From Lingula anatina (Eukaryota > Animalia > Brachiopoda), in contig CM120644.1 of assembly GCA_051362555.1 (NCBI GenBank), positions 6,456,954 to 6,520,953 on the forward strand: a DNA stretch of 64,000 nt. Direction: 5' to 3'. Both the position numbers and the translations under genes were made by a program. The notes under the pieces were generated by a model, which did not search any database, was not told the DNA's origin, and was given only the letters and a program-made list of their open reading frames with translations. Positions 27,571 through 39,881 of this stretch are shown here, one piece after another. Position 1 is the stretch's first letter. Each line of letters starts with the position of its first letter.

Positions 27571-30500
27571 ACACCCTCCCTTCTTTGGGAGATAGTTTTT
27601 TATATTTGCGCCCCTTAAGCAGTCCTGACATTGGCAAACTTCGATTAAACAAATACGGTTAGGAGAAGCGTTGCGTACACCTAGAGGAGTTTCGATAGCC
27701 ACCATATCCATAGCTCCTACTTTGCCTAAACAATTGCCCCTAGCCCATCGCCGGTAACAATGCCACTTCAAATCGTACTCATAAATTATATCAGCAATCA
27801 AAAGATGAACAACAACATGCTGGATGTTTGATACTAGCTGGTCTAACCTAAACTATATTAGGCATGCATCTGTTTCTAGTGTCCGGGATCTGTTGGAACG
27901 TTCCTGCCGGCATTGTCACGATTCAAATCAATGTCATGAACACAAGTGGGAACGGAACAGGAAGTATTGGTGGGATATCGTACCAATACCTCAAATTCGA
28001 GGAAATAGAAGCCAACCCTGGACAATGTGAGTATAATTATTATCATGAATTCTGACAAACCGATTGACTGTTTGGATCCCTGGTTATAGATAGAGACCAA
28101 CTTGCGTCATTTCTGACATAAAATCATTTAATAATAACTTTTATAAAATATGTCTTACCATTCTAAGCCATGTTGATGTCATATAAATACACTACATTTC
28201 AGCGCAATGTGAAACGCTGACAGTTTTCAACATAAGGGAATATGTGCTGCGACACAGCATTCATGTCAAAGATGAAAACGTCTACATGGTAATGATTATT
28301 CTTACTCTCTTTCTCTCTCTCTGTCGATTCATTTCGTATATAAGACTATTTATGAGTCTCTGGGTAATTGGAAACGGTGGCATTGCATTTTGTTAATATA
28401 TTTCAATTAAGTCATTCAATAAAAAACAGTGGAAATGGAAATTCACAAAATAGTGTTTTTTTACATTATGGCCTTTTTAAAAATTTTCCTTTGCAATTTT
28501 TCATCAATTTCCTGTGTTCCTTACATATTTACAGTACATATGTCGAATAAAGAACACTGTGAAATGAAGACCTCTTCTGTTTGGCACATTTCAGAGTGGA
28601 ACGTACTTAAAACGAAGCTCGAACACCGCCCTGGCAGTCTACTGGACAGGAAATCTGCATGAAACAGGAGCAAACTGCGCCAGATGGCACTTCAAGTTAA
28701 ATGGCGTAGAGTGCTCTGATCCCGGTACGATAGATGGCGCTTTGTACATGGCAAATGACGCAGTCTCTAAGACTAACAGGACTTTTGAGTGTGAGTAGAA
28801 TTGATTGAGGCAAACTTGATTAAGATTTTATCATTTAAAATGAATGCGTGTATCAATTTTAAGGGAATAATGACCAGTGTAAGAGACAGCTAGAAATATA
28901 TATTTTCGGTCTAATTTACATTTGATAAATTTCCCAGTTTCCGGTATATGCAAAGGAATCCTTGCAGGGGTAGTAAACATATCTTTCCACTGCGGAAAGT
29001 GCCCTTGGAACATCACCTCTAGCGGTGACCCGTCAACTGGCTGGATGACAGTGTCCAGAATAAGAGTGGAGGAAACCAGGCTGGGTTTAGATATAAGTGC
29101 ACGTGAGTAACATATCTTAATTATTACTTTAGCCACGCTTCACCCATTTTGGCCAATTTATAAGCTAGGAAAATTAACAAACAATAATTTTCACAGCTGC
29201 ATTGGTTGCAGTTGCACTGGTTTATCCAGGAGTCCAATGAAGGAAACGGGGGCGAGGGGCACAACTAGTTTTTTTTTTTTCAAAAAACGTTTACAATAAT
29301 TCAAAGTGGGGCAGGTGCATCAAGATTTTTTGCCGTAATATGAAGGACAGAGGGGTAGAAATTGCTTAGGTTTTGTCTCCTTTCGATCGCATGTTATTCG
29401 GTATTTCAAGAAGGGAGAAAGAGGCAAAGCGGGTACCTGAAAGGCGAAGGGTTCCTGCACGTGCCCGCTGCGACCTTCTGTGGATCTGTTAATGTGAATA
29501 TGATCGCTTGCATTTCATCAAAGTTCGGTAGAAATGCATGTACATGTACCTTCCTATAATATCACTTATTCTGGCAAATAACACATCTTGATGTACAGTT
29601 TTCTTATGAAGATTTAAAATCGTTATTTCTAAGTCTCAGGCCCTGCAGGAAACACAGCTACTAGAATCCCAATCTTCAACCGACAATATTGGTGGTGGCC
29701 AGCTCAAAACATCACTTTGAACACTGGAACACTTTACGTAAGTCCCTTTTTATATTACCGACATATTGATACATCAGTAATGTAATACAAAAAACATAGG
29801 CATACATAGGCATTGGCATACAAAAAACAAGGATACACACAAAGCCTTTTTTTTTGGGGGGGGGGGCATGAATTTTCCGGCTGATAATAGTCCATCAACA
29901 TGTTATGTATCTAGTGCACATGTTAGCTGTTTGATACCCCCCTCTGAAATAATACACAAAATGAAACTTAAAGCGCCGCTTGCAATCTTATTGATGTCAT
30001 CAAAACATCTGATATTTGTAAGAAGCTCTACGTTGATTATTTCTGAAAAATGAAATGACTGCGGGCGGCCATTGTGGGTTTCTCAAGTGGCATCTATCTG
30101 ATTCTTAACACTAAAAGTGTGAATGAACACAGGCCACAAATGCATAATTAGTTAGAAAGTGTGGCACGATAGATGGCGCTTTGTACATGGCAAATGACGC
30201 AGTCTCTAAGACCAACAGGACTTTTGAAGTTCATGTATGCTGGGTTCTAATTTTTGATTGAAACTGGTGGTCAGTTTGGATATTTCATATTTTCTTTAAT
30301 GGTGTTCTTTGGGATGTTATATTGTATTGTATCATATTATATTGCCTGGGCTACACAGTACATACGAAATATTTGATTTTTCAGACTGTGACATACAGTA
30401 AGAAGTCTGGGGTCAGTGGGATAAAGGTACTTTGGTCAGGAAATGCCCAAGAATTTTTTGTCCCCTTTAGTTGTTCACGATGGTACTTCACCTTCAACGA

Positions 30501-31069
30501 TTACGAATGTAGCAACCCACAGACAATTGAGAGTTGGAAGCTTAATAGGTACTATGAAGCCAGCGAACTCGTCTATTTTAACGACCCATTTACAGGTATG
30601 TTTTTTTCTCGCTGCATGCACTGTACAATTTTTCCAGAGTTTCGCGGTGATAAATTACACTCCTCGTTCTTTTTTCTCCTCTGCTTTTGGTCAGACGCTG
30701 GTTTTGTTATAGAACAATTTAATAACCGACATACGCAATTTCGTCACATTTTTTTTTTGACACAGATTTGTTGACTCAGAAAAGACATCCCACAGATCCA
30801 TATAGCTTCAACGTATACTCAAATTCCACACACACACACACACATACACACATACACACACACACAAAATAGAACTTTATTTAATGCATTGTACATATAC
30901 TCGCGTTACGGACTTTGCAGTTCAAGGCACTTGTCAGGGCGTATCAGCCGGTGACGTCACCGTAGCGTTGAAGGTCGGTGTTTGCTCCAATACCAACGCA
31001 GAACAGGAAATCTTGACCTCCTGGGGGACAAAGACCTCGCTCATGATTGAAGAAACATTCCATGGATAA
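23534..31069 (+). CDS. Secreted PAN/Apple + FOLN-like + 3x CTHRC1-C-terminal-like protein, copy 2 (intact)
   Basis: Exons 23534-23881, 24878-24974, 25966-26057, 27136-27334, 27880-28026, 28203-28288, 28595-28790, 28938-29102, 29640-29737, 30385-30595, 30921-31069. All GT-AG; 1788 nt = 595 aa. Exon lengths equal copy 1 except +3 nt in exon 5. Confidence 0.88.
26261..26947. mobile_element. Harbinger-type MITE (uninterrupted paralog of 6446-11207)
   Basis: ggccccgtcacac ... gtatgacaggagta followed by TAA; interior rich in gaat/attc. Confidence 0.65.
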
Positions 31070-31289
31070 CAAAACAAACTTTCTGACTTTTTCATGTGAC
31101 CAGGTCGGTGTGTGGAAAGTCACGACATATAGAGAGCTGTTGCTCTAAACATTAGCCGATTTTAATTTTTTTAAAGAATTCATTTCTTAAAAGAAATAAT
31201 TTTAGAATGTCAACGCCTGATATACAACTTCAGGGTTTTCAACTTTTTCATGAGTTAGCATATATGAAAAACGGTATACGAGCCATACT

Positions 31290-31323
<34 letters not shown>

Positions 31324-32631
31324 TGTGTGTGTGTGTTGTCGACTCTTATGTTTTTGGTTACCTAACATATTGGTATTGTTTTTGGCACAAGTATATGATG
31401 ATCTTATGAAATATAGGAGAATTGCAAACTAATAAGTTATTTTGATTCCTCTTTTTTTTTTGTGTGTGTGTGTGTGTGTGTGTTTGTGTGTGTGTTACGA
31501 AGATAACGTAGGAAGAAAGACAACAAGTATTTAAAATCAGCTTTTGATTAATGTGTAAAAACAAGATTTGGTCGACCATGTGTTTGTGAGATGTCGAATA
31601 AGGTTTGCATCCAAATGCTGTTCACTAATGCTATATTGGTTGTTTGTGACTATTCGTATATTCGTAGCTGTTTGAGCCTCCCTTACACTGGACAGCGTAA
31701 TGCAGCCCTGTTTGAGAGTAAAATAAACACTATTTTACGTGACGCCAACTGGCTAACAACTGGCCAACCAAAGCAACGCTTGTGCCTCCTTTTTACGATC
31801 AATACGATGCCTGTTCCAAGGTCGCACAAAGGACGCAAAAAGGACGCCGTCAAGTGAAAATGTTTTTTACTGGTACATATATGTGCGTAATGTTAGTAAT
31901 TGACACGATCTCGTCGTACTTTGGTGGTAAATGTAATGTAAACGTGGGAGAACGATGTAACAGGCTGTAGAAAGAGCAATGTAAGAGGATAAAGGGAGAG
32001 GAAGAAAATATAGATAAGGTAGATAGTGAGTAACAATAAAGAATATGGAGGAACATGAAAGTTGTTTAGTTCTTACCTCGCGTAATCAGTATGATAAAGT
32101 CAATACCTTCGTCACATGTGCTTTACAATACTGTCGTACGCGCACAAGGATTTTTGCTTTTGGAAAACAAAGTACAGTGTATATAATGCGATTGTTTATA
32201 AACCTTAGTCGAACTTTCTTCGTTTTACGTCCTGAGTGGATCCGTTAGTTGCTCAAATTACTAGCTGTGCATACTTTAAAACTTGCAATTTCAAGATTAC
32301 CCGCAGAAACCACAGGACATCACATATAACAATGGGAATTACTTTTTCGATTATTTCAAACAACCCTATCTCTTGTCCAAATCATTATCTGTGAAATAAA
32401 TAAAAACAGTTTCGTTCATCCAGTAAAATTGTAAAACGCAATGTGTGTCTGCAGCACGCCGCTTGCTGGCGCCCTCCTGTCGTACGGGACGGTGTTTAAC
32501 TGCTGTAGTTGAGATCACCGCAATTTTGAACTTAAAACGAAACAAAAATCCTCGGATATTTGGACAGGAGTGAAATTGGAATATATTGCAATCTGTTATT
32601 TTGGTGGCTAACAAGTTTTTTCACTCTGTTA

Positions 32632-32633
<2 letters not shown>

Positions 32634-32706
<73 letters not shown>
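32634..32706. repeat. Compound microsatellite (GT)n(GA)n
   Basis: Directly visible. Confidence 0.95.
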
Positions 32707-32709
<3 letters not shown>

Positions 32710-33425
32710 TGGTCCACTGCATTTATTGGATGAATTAACAAAAGTTTTTTTTAGTTGGCTGTCTCTAAATGATTTCACAATTTTTATTTTTATTCCTTGT
32801 TAAATGAGTTGATCAACAAAGCTGTTTATCATTATTTGCCAGCGGTGATTTAAGGTTAGATCGGCAACATTCATAAATTATATTCTAGTCAAGATCCAAA
32901 GATAATGTAACGTACTTCGGAAGAGGGCGTGTTTTAACTCAGGGAGTACTTGGTTTGAAAAATATCACGCATATACGTTTACGTATATGATTTGGGTCAA
33001 TACAGAGTCTTTTTCAACAAGAGAAAAATTTATATATGAGAAGCTGAGAAAAACTTTTAATTTCCAGTTGTGACAGAGGTAAGTACAAGTGCAACATGTT
33101 TCTTCAGAAATTAACTTTCGACCGAATTGAAGTTTTGTTGACTCTCTCTCTCTCTCTCTCTCTCGCACACATACACACACATTAACAGACAAACACGTAT
33201 ACAAACATGCGCACGCACAAAGAAATCACTACTACAGACAGTTTTTGAAAACAACATCACGATTTAAGACTTTAAAAGCCCTTTCTTTTACTTTATAATA
33301 TTTAATTTTAATCTCACGTTAATTTCCACATTGTAATGAATACAAAAATTACGATATTCGATATCAAAAAATCTAAACGTAATCATTTTCATATTCTAAC
33401 TTCCATTCAACTAGACAGACGTAAA

Positions 33426-34404
33426 ATGAGGGACGCTGTGATTCTAGGCGTTTTCTGTGTTTTCATGTTATCTACCGTCATCTCCAAGCCGGCATCAGAT
33501 CATACAGGTGGTAAGCAAATTTGAGTTTTTATCTATCTTTTGACATTTAAAAAAAGATAACATGGACATGTACAAAACTGCTAAGATTTGTGTAACTCAG
33601 TCTATACCTGCCTATTTGTTCAACTTTCACATTCAGGTACGTGTTCTACAGGGATTTTTTGCCCTAATAAACAAACCGCTTTTGTACGTGTGGTGGAAAA
33701 AAAGGGCGTAGCCCCCTCTTTCCCTCCCCGCTCCCTCTCTCAATTTGCTCGTGTGCGCGTGTGTGTGCGTGCATGTAAAGGTGTTTCTCTGTGTGTATTT
33801 GTGTTACCTCTGGTTGTGTCATAAATAGAAATAACAGAAAGAACATTTGTGAACTCTCGTCCTAGGGCAGTACATTTGCAATTGCGTGCGTGAGTACATT
33901 AAGTTACCACAGTATGTCCTGTCGCTGTTGCAATAAATCTTCGTGCCACGAGATCAGGGAAAGTCATCATTCTCCGGGCGTCCAGAAGGTGTGACAACAT
34001 GATTTATTCGAAAACGTTTTAGGGGCAGATAAAGACGATAACCACTATAGATGGATCCAAACTTCCACAGCATTTTTCCTCTCCTCTTCATCACCTTTGC
34101 AAATTGAAATGGGGGTTTATGTCTTGGTCACTTCCAAAAATGAGTATGCTACTACCAGTAGCCCTAATGCATGTACATGTACATGTACACTCATACAGTA
34201 CATGTATATGGATTACATTTGTATTACGAGTGCATGTTTCGCATGCTCGTTACTGCAAAGAGCCTAAAATTAAACCCATTTCATTTTAAATTTCGAGGGT
34301 TAGGAGAAAGATTGGGCCCTCCCAGTAGTCAAAGTTTGTATGTACAAGTGACAACACTTTGGCAGCAACATGCAGTGGTCTTATGAGACATTTTTAAATA
34401 AAAA

Positions 34405-34447
<43 letters not shown>

Positions 34448-34732
34448 ATAACGAACACCACATTCCAGAACCAGTAAATTTCATTTCATTGGCCAACTTT
34501 TCATTAATCAATCTTAAAGCCACTGATCAATTAAATAATTCTCGTTCCAGTTGCAAAAGAATCATGCGGCTGCGAGCATCACGCCACGCATGCGCACGGT
34601 ATGGGTCTCTGGGACGTGTGCACACCTCTCAGTCAGGAAGAGTGGGAGACATGTCCAGCTTACAAGGACAGCGTGGTGGACAGTGACCTGCTTCATAACA
34701 TACTGGACATAGTCTTTAAGACAGAGGATTAA
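33426..34732 (+). CDS. Small secreted Cys/His-rich protein, 88 aa, unknown family
   Basis: Exon 33426-33510 (MRDAVILGVFCVFMLSTVISKPASDHTG, donor gtaagc) and exon 34551-34732 (acceptor ttccag; VAKESCGCEHHATHAHGMGLWDVCTPLSQEEWETCPAYKDSVVDSDLLHNILDIVFKTED*), phase 1-1. Possible 5' UTR donor at 33079 and acceptor at 33414; AATAAA at ~34967. Confidence 0.7.
34408..34443. repeat. (GT)n microsatellite
   Basis: Directly visible. Confidence 0.95.
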
Positions 34733-35970
34733 TTGATATTGCGCAAGATGGCCAACCGCTTGTATTTAAATCTGTGAAATGAAGGTAATCTGGTGTTGCA
34801 CTCAAATACATGCGCAGTACATGAACATGAAAATTAAGTCAAAACATGCTTAATTGGACTCGGAGAATTGTTATATTTGTGATACACCGCACTGGTGAAA
34901 TGTGAACTGGATAGCTCCTCTGGATGTGCTACTTTTCAATCCCCAAAAACATAATTTAATGCATAAAATAAAAGCGGGGACTGTTTGATATACAGCTACC
35001 TAATCTATTATTTTGTTTTCTACTCTTTATTGCTTTTTTCTTTTCTATTTTAACTTATTTGTTTATTGTCGTTGTTGTTGCTGTCCTATTCCCTGATCAA
35101 AGCTCAACTGTGCAATCTCCTGGTAGATGTTGAAAAGCTGCTTATGTGGGTGTTGATATTTTCAGACGGGTTTCTTCTGTCTGATTTTTTTTTTTTTTTT
35201 TTGCTTTGGGAGGATTAGAATAATCTCTGGGATATTTGATAGAGAAATCGCTGCATCTTTGTTTAAGCTGCTCTAAAACCGCCAGTCAGATTTTTCTTGA
35301 ATTGAAAAAAGAAAAAACCTTACGTGCCAACAGCATAACTAGGCACGCATTTTTAAATGTCTGTCATGCCATCATGACATTGCAAACTATGATCTAGACT
35401 CGTTTAGCTGATAAACAGTACACTATGCTATTGATTGCCGTTTTGTCGCGTCGAATGGCGTAGATAAGTTTTGTTAGGGTGGGAGATGTCTCGCAGAGAA
35501 CGGTTGCTATAATGGTGGTTCATATCTACAGTTTCCCCAAATATCAACTTTTAGTTTTTGAAGTATTGGAATTTCCTAATCGTATGCACTTCTTCCCAAC
35601 CGTACTAATTATGATTTATACTGCAAAGGAAAGTCCAGCATTGGTCATATCTCAATCAACCTTCTTGCACAGCGCGGTTGTACACTAAATAAAACCGTCT
35701 TAATATATCGATCCATTAATATATAATTACCTTAGCCCTTTTTACGTCGAGCGGTACAGTTTTCTGTATCGTTCCAGTTTAACTGGCCTTCATTTATACA
35801 TGCGTTCGATGTTATTAAGCCCTAAGAGAACACTTAGCATTTGCCAATGTCCCCATATATCCCTGCAGTCTCAGGATAGCCAAAACCCCTGTAATTTATT
35901 CCCAAAGCTCTTTCCTCTCCGACATTATTACATGTATCTCTCTGTAGTATTGCTGTCTACAGAGATGTAT

Positions 35971-38900
35971 CACCCAAACCCAATATAGAGGTGCATTTCA
36001 CAAGTTCAAGTCTCAAAAAATGAAATTGAATGAATTTGATGTATTATCTAACTTTTTAAAACTTACATGTGTATAGAACAAAAATCCACAAATGTCCCAA
36101 TTTTACGCCCACGCGTTTCTGTTTTGTAAGCAAATAAACTGATAACCGTTTGAAGTGAAAAAAGCGTAAGAAAGAACATACGTTACCACTGAATCGCCTG
36201 ATACAAACACGATCATTAGTTGAGCGCTGTGAAAATTTGTGCAAGCTAAACACTAACAGAACCCTATGAGTCATTAATAATGGAAAAGTGATAGGAAAAT
36301 ACTTTTAAATTGACCAGATCTAGGAAAATTACTTTCAAACTAAAGATCATTTTTCTTTACAATGTCCACGTTGATGACTCTTTCAATAGCAGTAATTGTC
36401 AATTGTATAGAGAATTGAAAACTTTGTTACCTAAAAGTTATCTACCACTGGTCATATTCGTCGTGAATTTAAAACTCATTGACAGTTTCAAATTTTGGGT
36501 GTATTAGTTACAATACCAACTACGCCTCGCATCCTTCGCACACCGTAATGTAACGTATGTTCCACAGCCATAGAAAAGATACGGGACACGAGTTTAATAA
36601 ATATTGATAAGATATTTTTTCGCTTTTTTTCGTAGAATTTATTGAGGTGTTTAAAAGTAACTCAGACATCAAAAGTGATAACCTATTACACAAACACGAT
36701 CCGCGTATCAAACGTCTTAATCATTTGCATGTAAAGAAAGGCAGATCCCAGAAACATCTAACCTACCACCTCTTTAAACGAAGCCTTTTTCAACACACCT
36801 ATAGGTTTTCCAATACAGCAGAGAATTCGTTCAAAATTAGCTTTACTATCCTCTCTGAAAGGTCTAAATTGTCTTGCGGATTTCGGCACATTTGGGAAAT
36901 TAAAAAAAATATGTATATATATATAATGTTTGTTCCATCTATAAAAAGTATGTGGCTCACAAAATTTTTAAGTCTTTCCATTGAGTGAGTATAAGAAACA
37001 GATATCACTTTAGAGTTCAAGGGTCTCTACGGTCCTTATCAGTCGCTATTTAAGACAAATTATAGGCTGCATGATTTCTTGTAAAAGTTTAATTGAGATT
37101 TCTTAGATGTTCATACTGTATTTTTACTCTGCCAACGTGCTGGATGATTTTTTTATTTTGGTTACTGGCGCTCTTGGCCTCTACTATAGTCGTCTCGTTC
37201 AAAAAAATCGTATACAGCTTGCCTTTTTTTCCTGCTACTCCCATCCGTCGACTTTTCAACCAGTTCATCCCCTTTTCGCGAGTTCTCGACCAACGATTCC
37301 GGCAAATGCCAGTAGCAGCGGAAAGAAATCTGAGACAACGGTACGTCTTCGCAATCTTCTCAGCCACTATATTATGCAAAATTTTCATCTTACTTTTTGG
37401 TGTAACTCGTTAAACTTGACCCACTGTAGCTATAAAAACATTTTCTATAAGTCATATTTTTTAGGATGATGAGTCTTATTGAATATTATTTTTATCCCTA
37501 ATATAAGGATAAAGGCAACAATTTGCTACATTGTTATTATTGCTAAAATAATTAGGGTAGTGGGGTTATAAAATAAAAGCGGCCTTGTTTGACCAAATCT
37601 TGAACAATCAATATTCTTTGTTGCCTTCTTTTTGTTATAAATAAGACTATGAAAGTTTGTGTTGCACTGGGATGGAGGAGACATAAAAGTAATTGCTACT
37701 GCACAGTGTTAGCTTGGGTCTATAGCCTGCTGTATGATGCGTACTGTCTTAATTTTGGGTCATGTGGGAAATTCAGGTGGCTCCGTATTTCGTGCTCTAC
37801 AATGGCTAAATCGTTGCCGGACAGCATTCTCCCTCTTTCTTATGGCATTAACCTGTGACTGCAGTTCTTTAATTGTTCATTTTAACTGCCTTCAGTTTCT
37901 TCTTAATTGTTTCCACGTTGTGACCACCTTGCACACACAACAAGTCTCTCAGGTGGTGATTGCTGTGGACTTGCCTCGGCAACTTCTATAGCAGCTAGGA
38001 GCTCTTTTTTCCTTTGGTGAAGGCTACGTTTTCGCGATTTAGTCTTCGCATGCCTCTTTTGTTTTTCACGACATTTATAGGGAGGCGGAAGGTAGGCCTA
38101 CATAGTATTTTGAACCCGTTTTCCTTCGCTTCCAAATAAGCGTCACCTTCATTTTTTTTACGAGATCGATATCTTTTTAAATCTCAGCTCTTGTTTTCGC
38201 ATTTTTCTGAAATAATGATGTTCCGTTCGGTATCAATGTATTTGGCACTGTGCTCACTGCGCTCGTTGGCGATTATTTTTTTCTTGCACAGTCTTGTTTG
38301 ACATTTATTTCCGTCTTTGACATTCATTTCTGTATTTGAATTAAATTTTTTATTACGACAAAATCATTTACTTCGCCTACATCGTTACTAAGGATTTTAT
38401 GGATTTATTTACACTTGTACCTAACCTCATCTAATCTTTAGCTCGGGCAGACGTCAGAAAGAACCACCTGACATCTCAAACAGAAGCTAGTTTTTCTTTC
38501 GGAGCCAGTTTCGGGCACAAGTAGATTTTCACTGGTAACGTATGTTCCGGTAACGTATGTTCCAGGCCACCTAATTTTTATTTCCATAACGTTTTCTTAT
38601 ATATTTTGAAGTGATTCGATCATGTTAAGTTAAATATGACGTAAGGACGTTTTTAATAAATATTTAAACCGTAACTAATGGGGCCTGCGTCATGGCTAAT
38701 ACTAGGTAACGTATGTTCCCTAGGAAAATTGACAAAATGTTTCATTTTGTACAAGTACTTGGTGCAAGAGAAAACAAATGTTTTCTTTTGCTGACAGAAA
38801 AATATATAGTGATTCCATGATAGTTTGACATTTCAGATATAATATTTGGAGCACGAGGGGAAAAATAATCTATTAAATGCTTATTTTACTGTCGGTAGGG

Positions 38901-39296
38901 TGTATTTTCCCCGTTTTTTTAATATTCAGTGACAGGCAAACTTAAGTCGCTAAAAAACAATTAACAGCTCAATACAGAAGCTTTTTGTAATTTTTTACAA
39001 CGTTATACTTGTAGAAGATAAATTAAAGAACAAAACTCGTGATGATTAATTTTTCAATGTGATTAAAACGTTTCCACAGCTAGACGTTATGCATTTGTGA
39101 CAGTAACGTATGTTCCTTTTTGGGGTTAGATGATGAATTATTTTTTATTATTCATGGTGTCAGGAAAGTGAAACTTTAATACAAACTTCTTCGTGTGGGA
39201 CCCTTAAATAATCAAACATAGTTTGTAATCTGTGCACTACATATTTTAAGGAACATGCCTGTGACATCGTTTGCACCTCTATATTGGGTTTGGGTG
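35971..39296 (-). mobile_element. 3.3-kb DNA transposon with 4-bp TSD (Sola- or Chapaev-like), highly decayed transposase
   Basis: 25-bp perfect TIR CACCCAAACCCAATATAGAGGTGCA; GTAT on both sides. Minus-strand remnants TPKSK, IVAEKIAKTYRCL, VYDFFERDDYSR. GTAACGTATGTTCC repeated at 36550, 38535, 38550, 38706, 39103. Confidence 0.8.
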
Positions 39297-39881
39297 GTAT
39301 ACGCATTTAAGATTTTCTACGCGCTTGAATATGTCCCAAAACCACATTTTATATTTGAAAATCCTGCAAAACTCATCTCATCCACTTCCGATATTGAAAA
39401 CGATAAAACCTCTCATCTGAAGCGTACATGAGGTTGACATTTACTTCTGAGCTCTAAAATCCACGCAGACTACTAATTGTGTAGAACTAGATTATTAAAT
39501 TTAATTAGAAATGGTACAAAATATCGAGTCTGTGTGCAGAGGCGGGTTGAGCTTTTTCTCGAGGAAACTAAGATTTGGTGTGAAAATCCCGCATAGAATA
39601 CCTGGAAATATGCATACCATTTAGGCAAATAAAGTGAGCCTTGAAAAGAAAATATATTCTAATTAGACGCGATTCCAATATTTCATAACAGTATATACAA
39701 TAGTCTACAGTCACTCAGCACTGATAAAGATGCTTCCAAGGTTCAACACAAGTCTCGGTTTTCACTGCGAAGTATTTGAATATAGCATGCCGTTTAGACT
39801 GCAAAACCCCATTAATGTTCCACTATGGCGCGGCCACACACCCTGTAAAGCTTAACAACAGTTAACGTAGGCCAGGAGAGT

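Larger units (their letters stand above)
22370..32778 (+). repeat. Segmental tandem duplication, copy 2
   Basis: Collinear with 1380-21425 and provides empty sites for the copy-1 insertions. Ends approximate. Confidence 0.9.

Noticed and set aside
35971-35981. CACCCAAACCC as an interstitial telomeric repeat
   Set aside because: It is the start of a transposon TIR, not a tandem array.
38535-39116. Spaced GTAACGTATGTTCC repeats as a CRISPR-like array
   Set aside because: Only 14 bp, irregular spacing, inside a TIR element, eukaryotic context, no cas genes.
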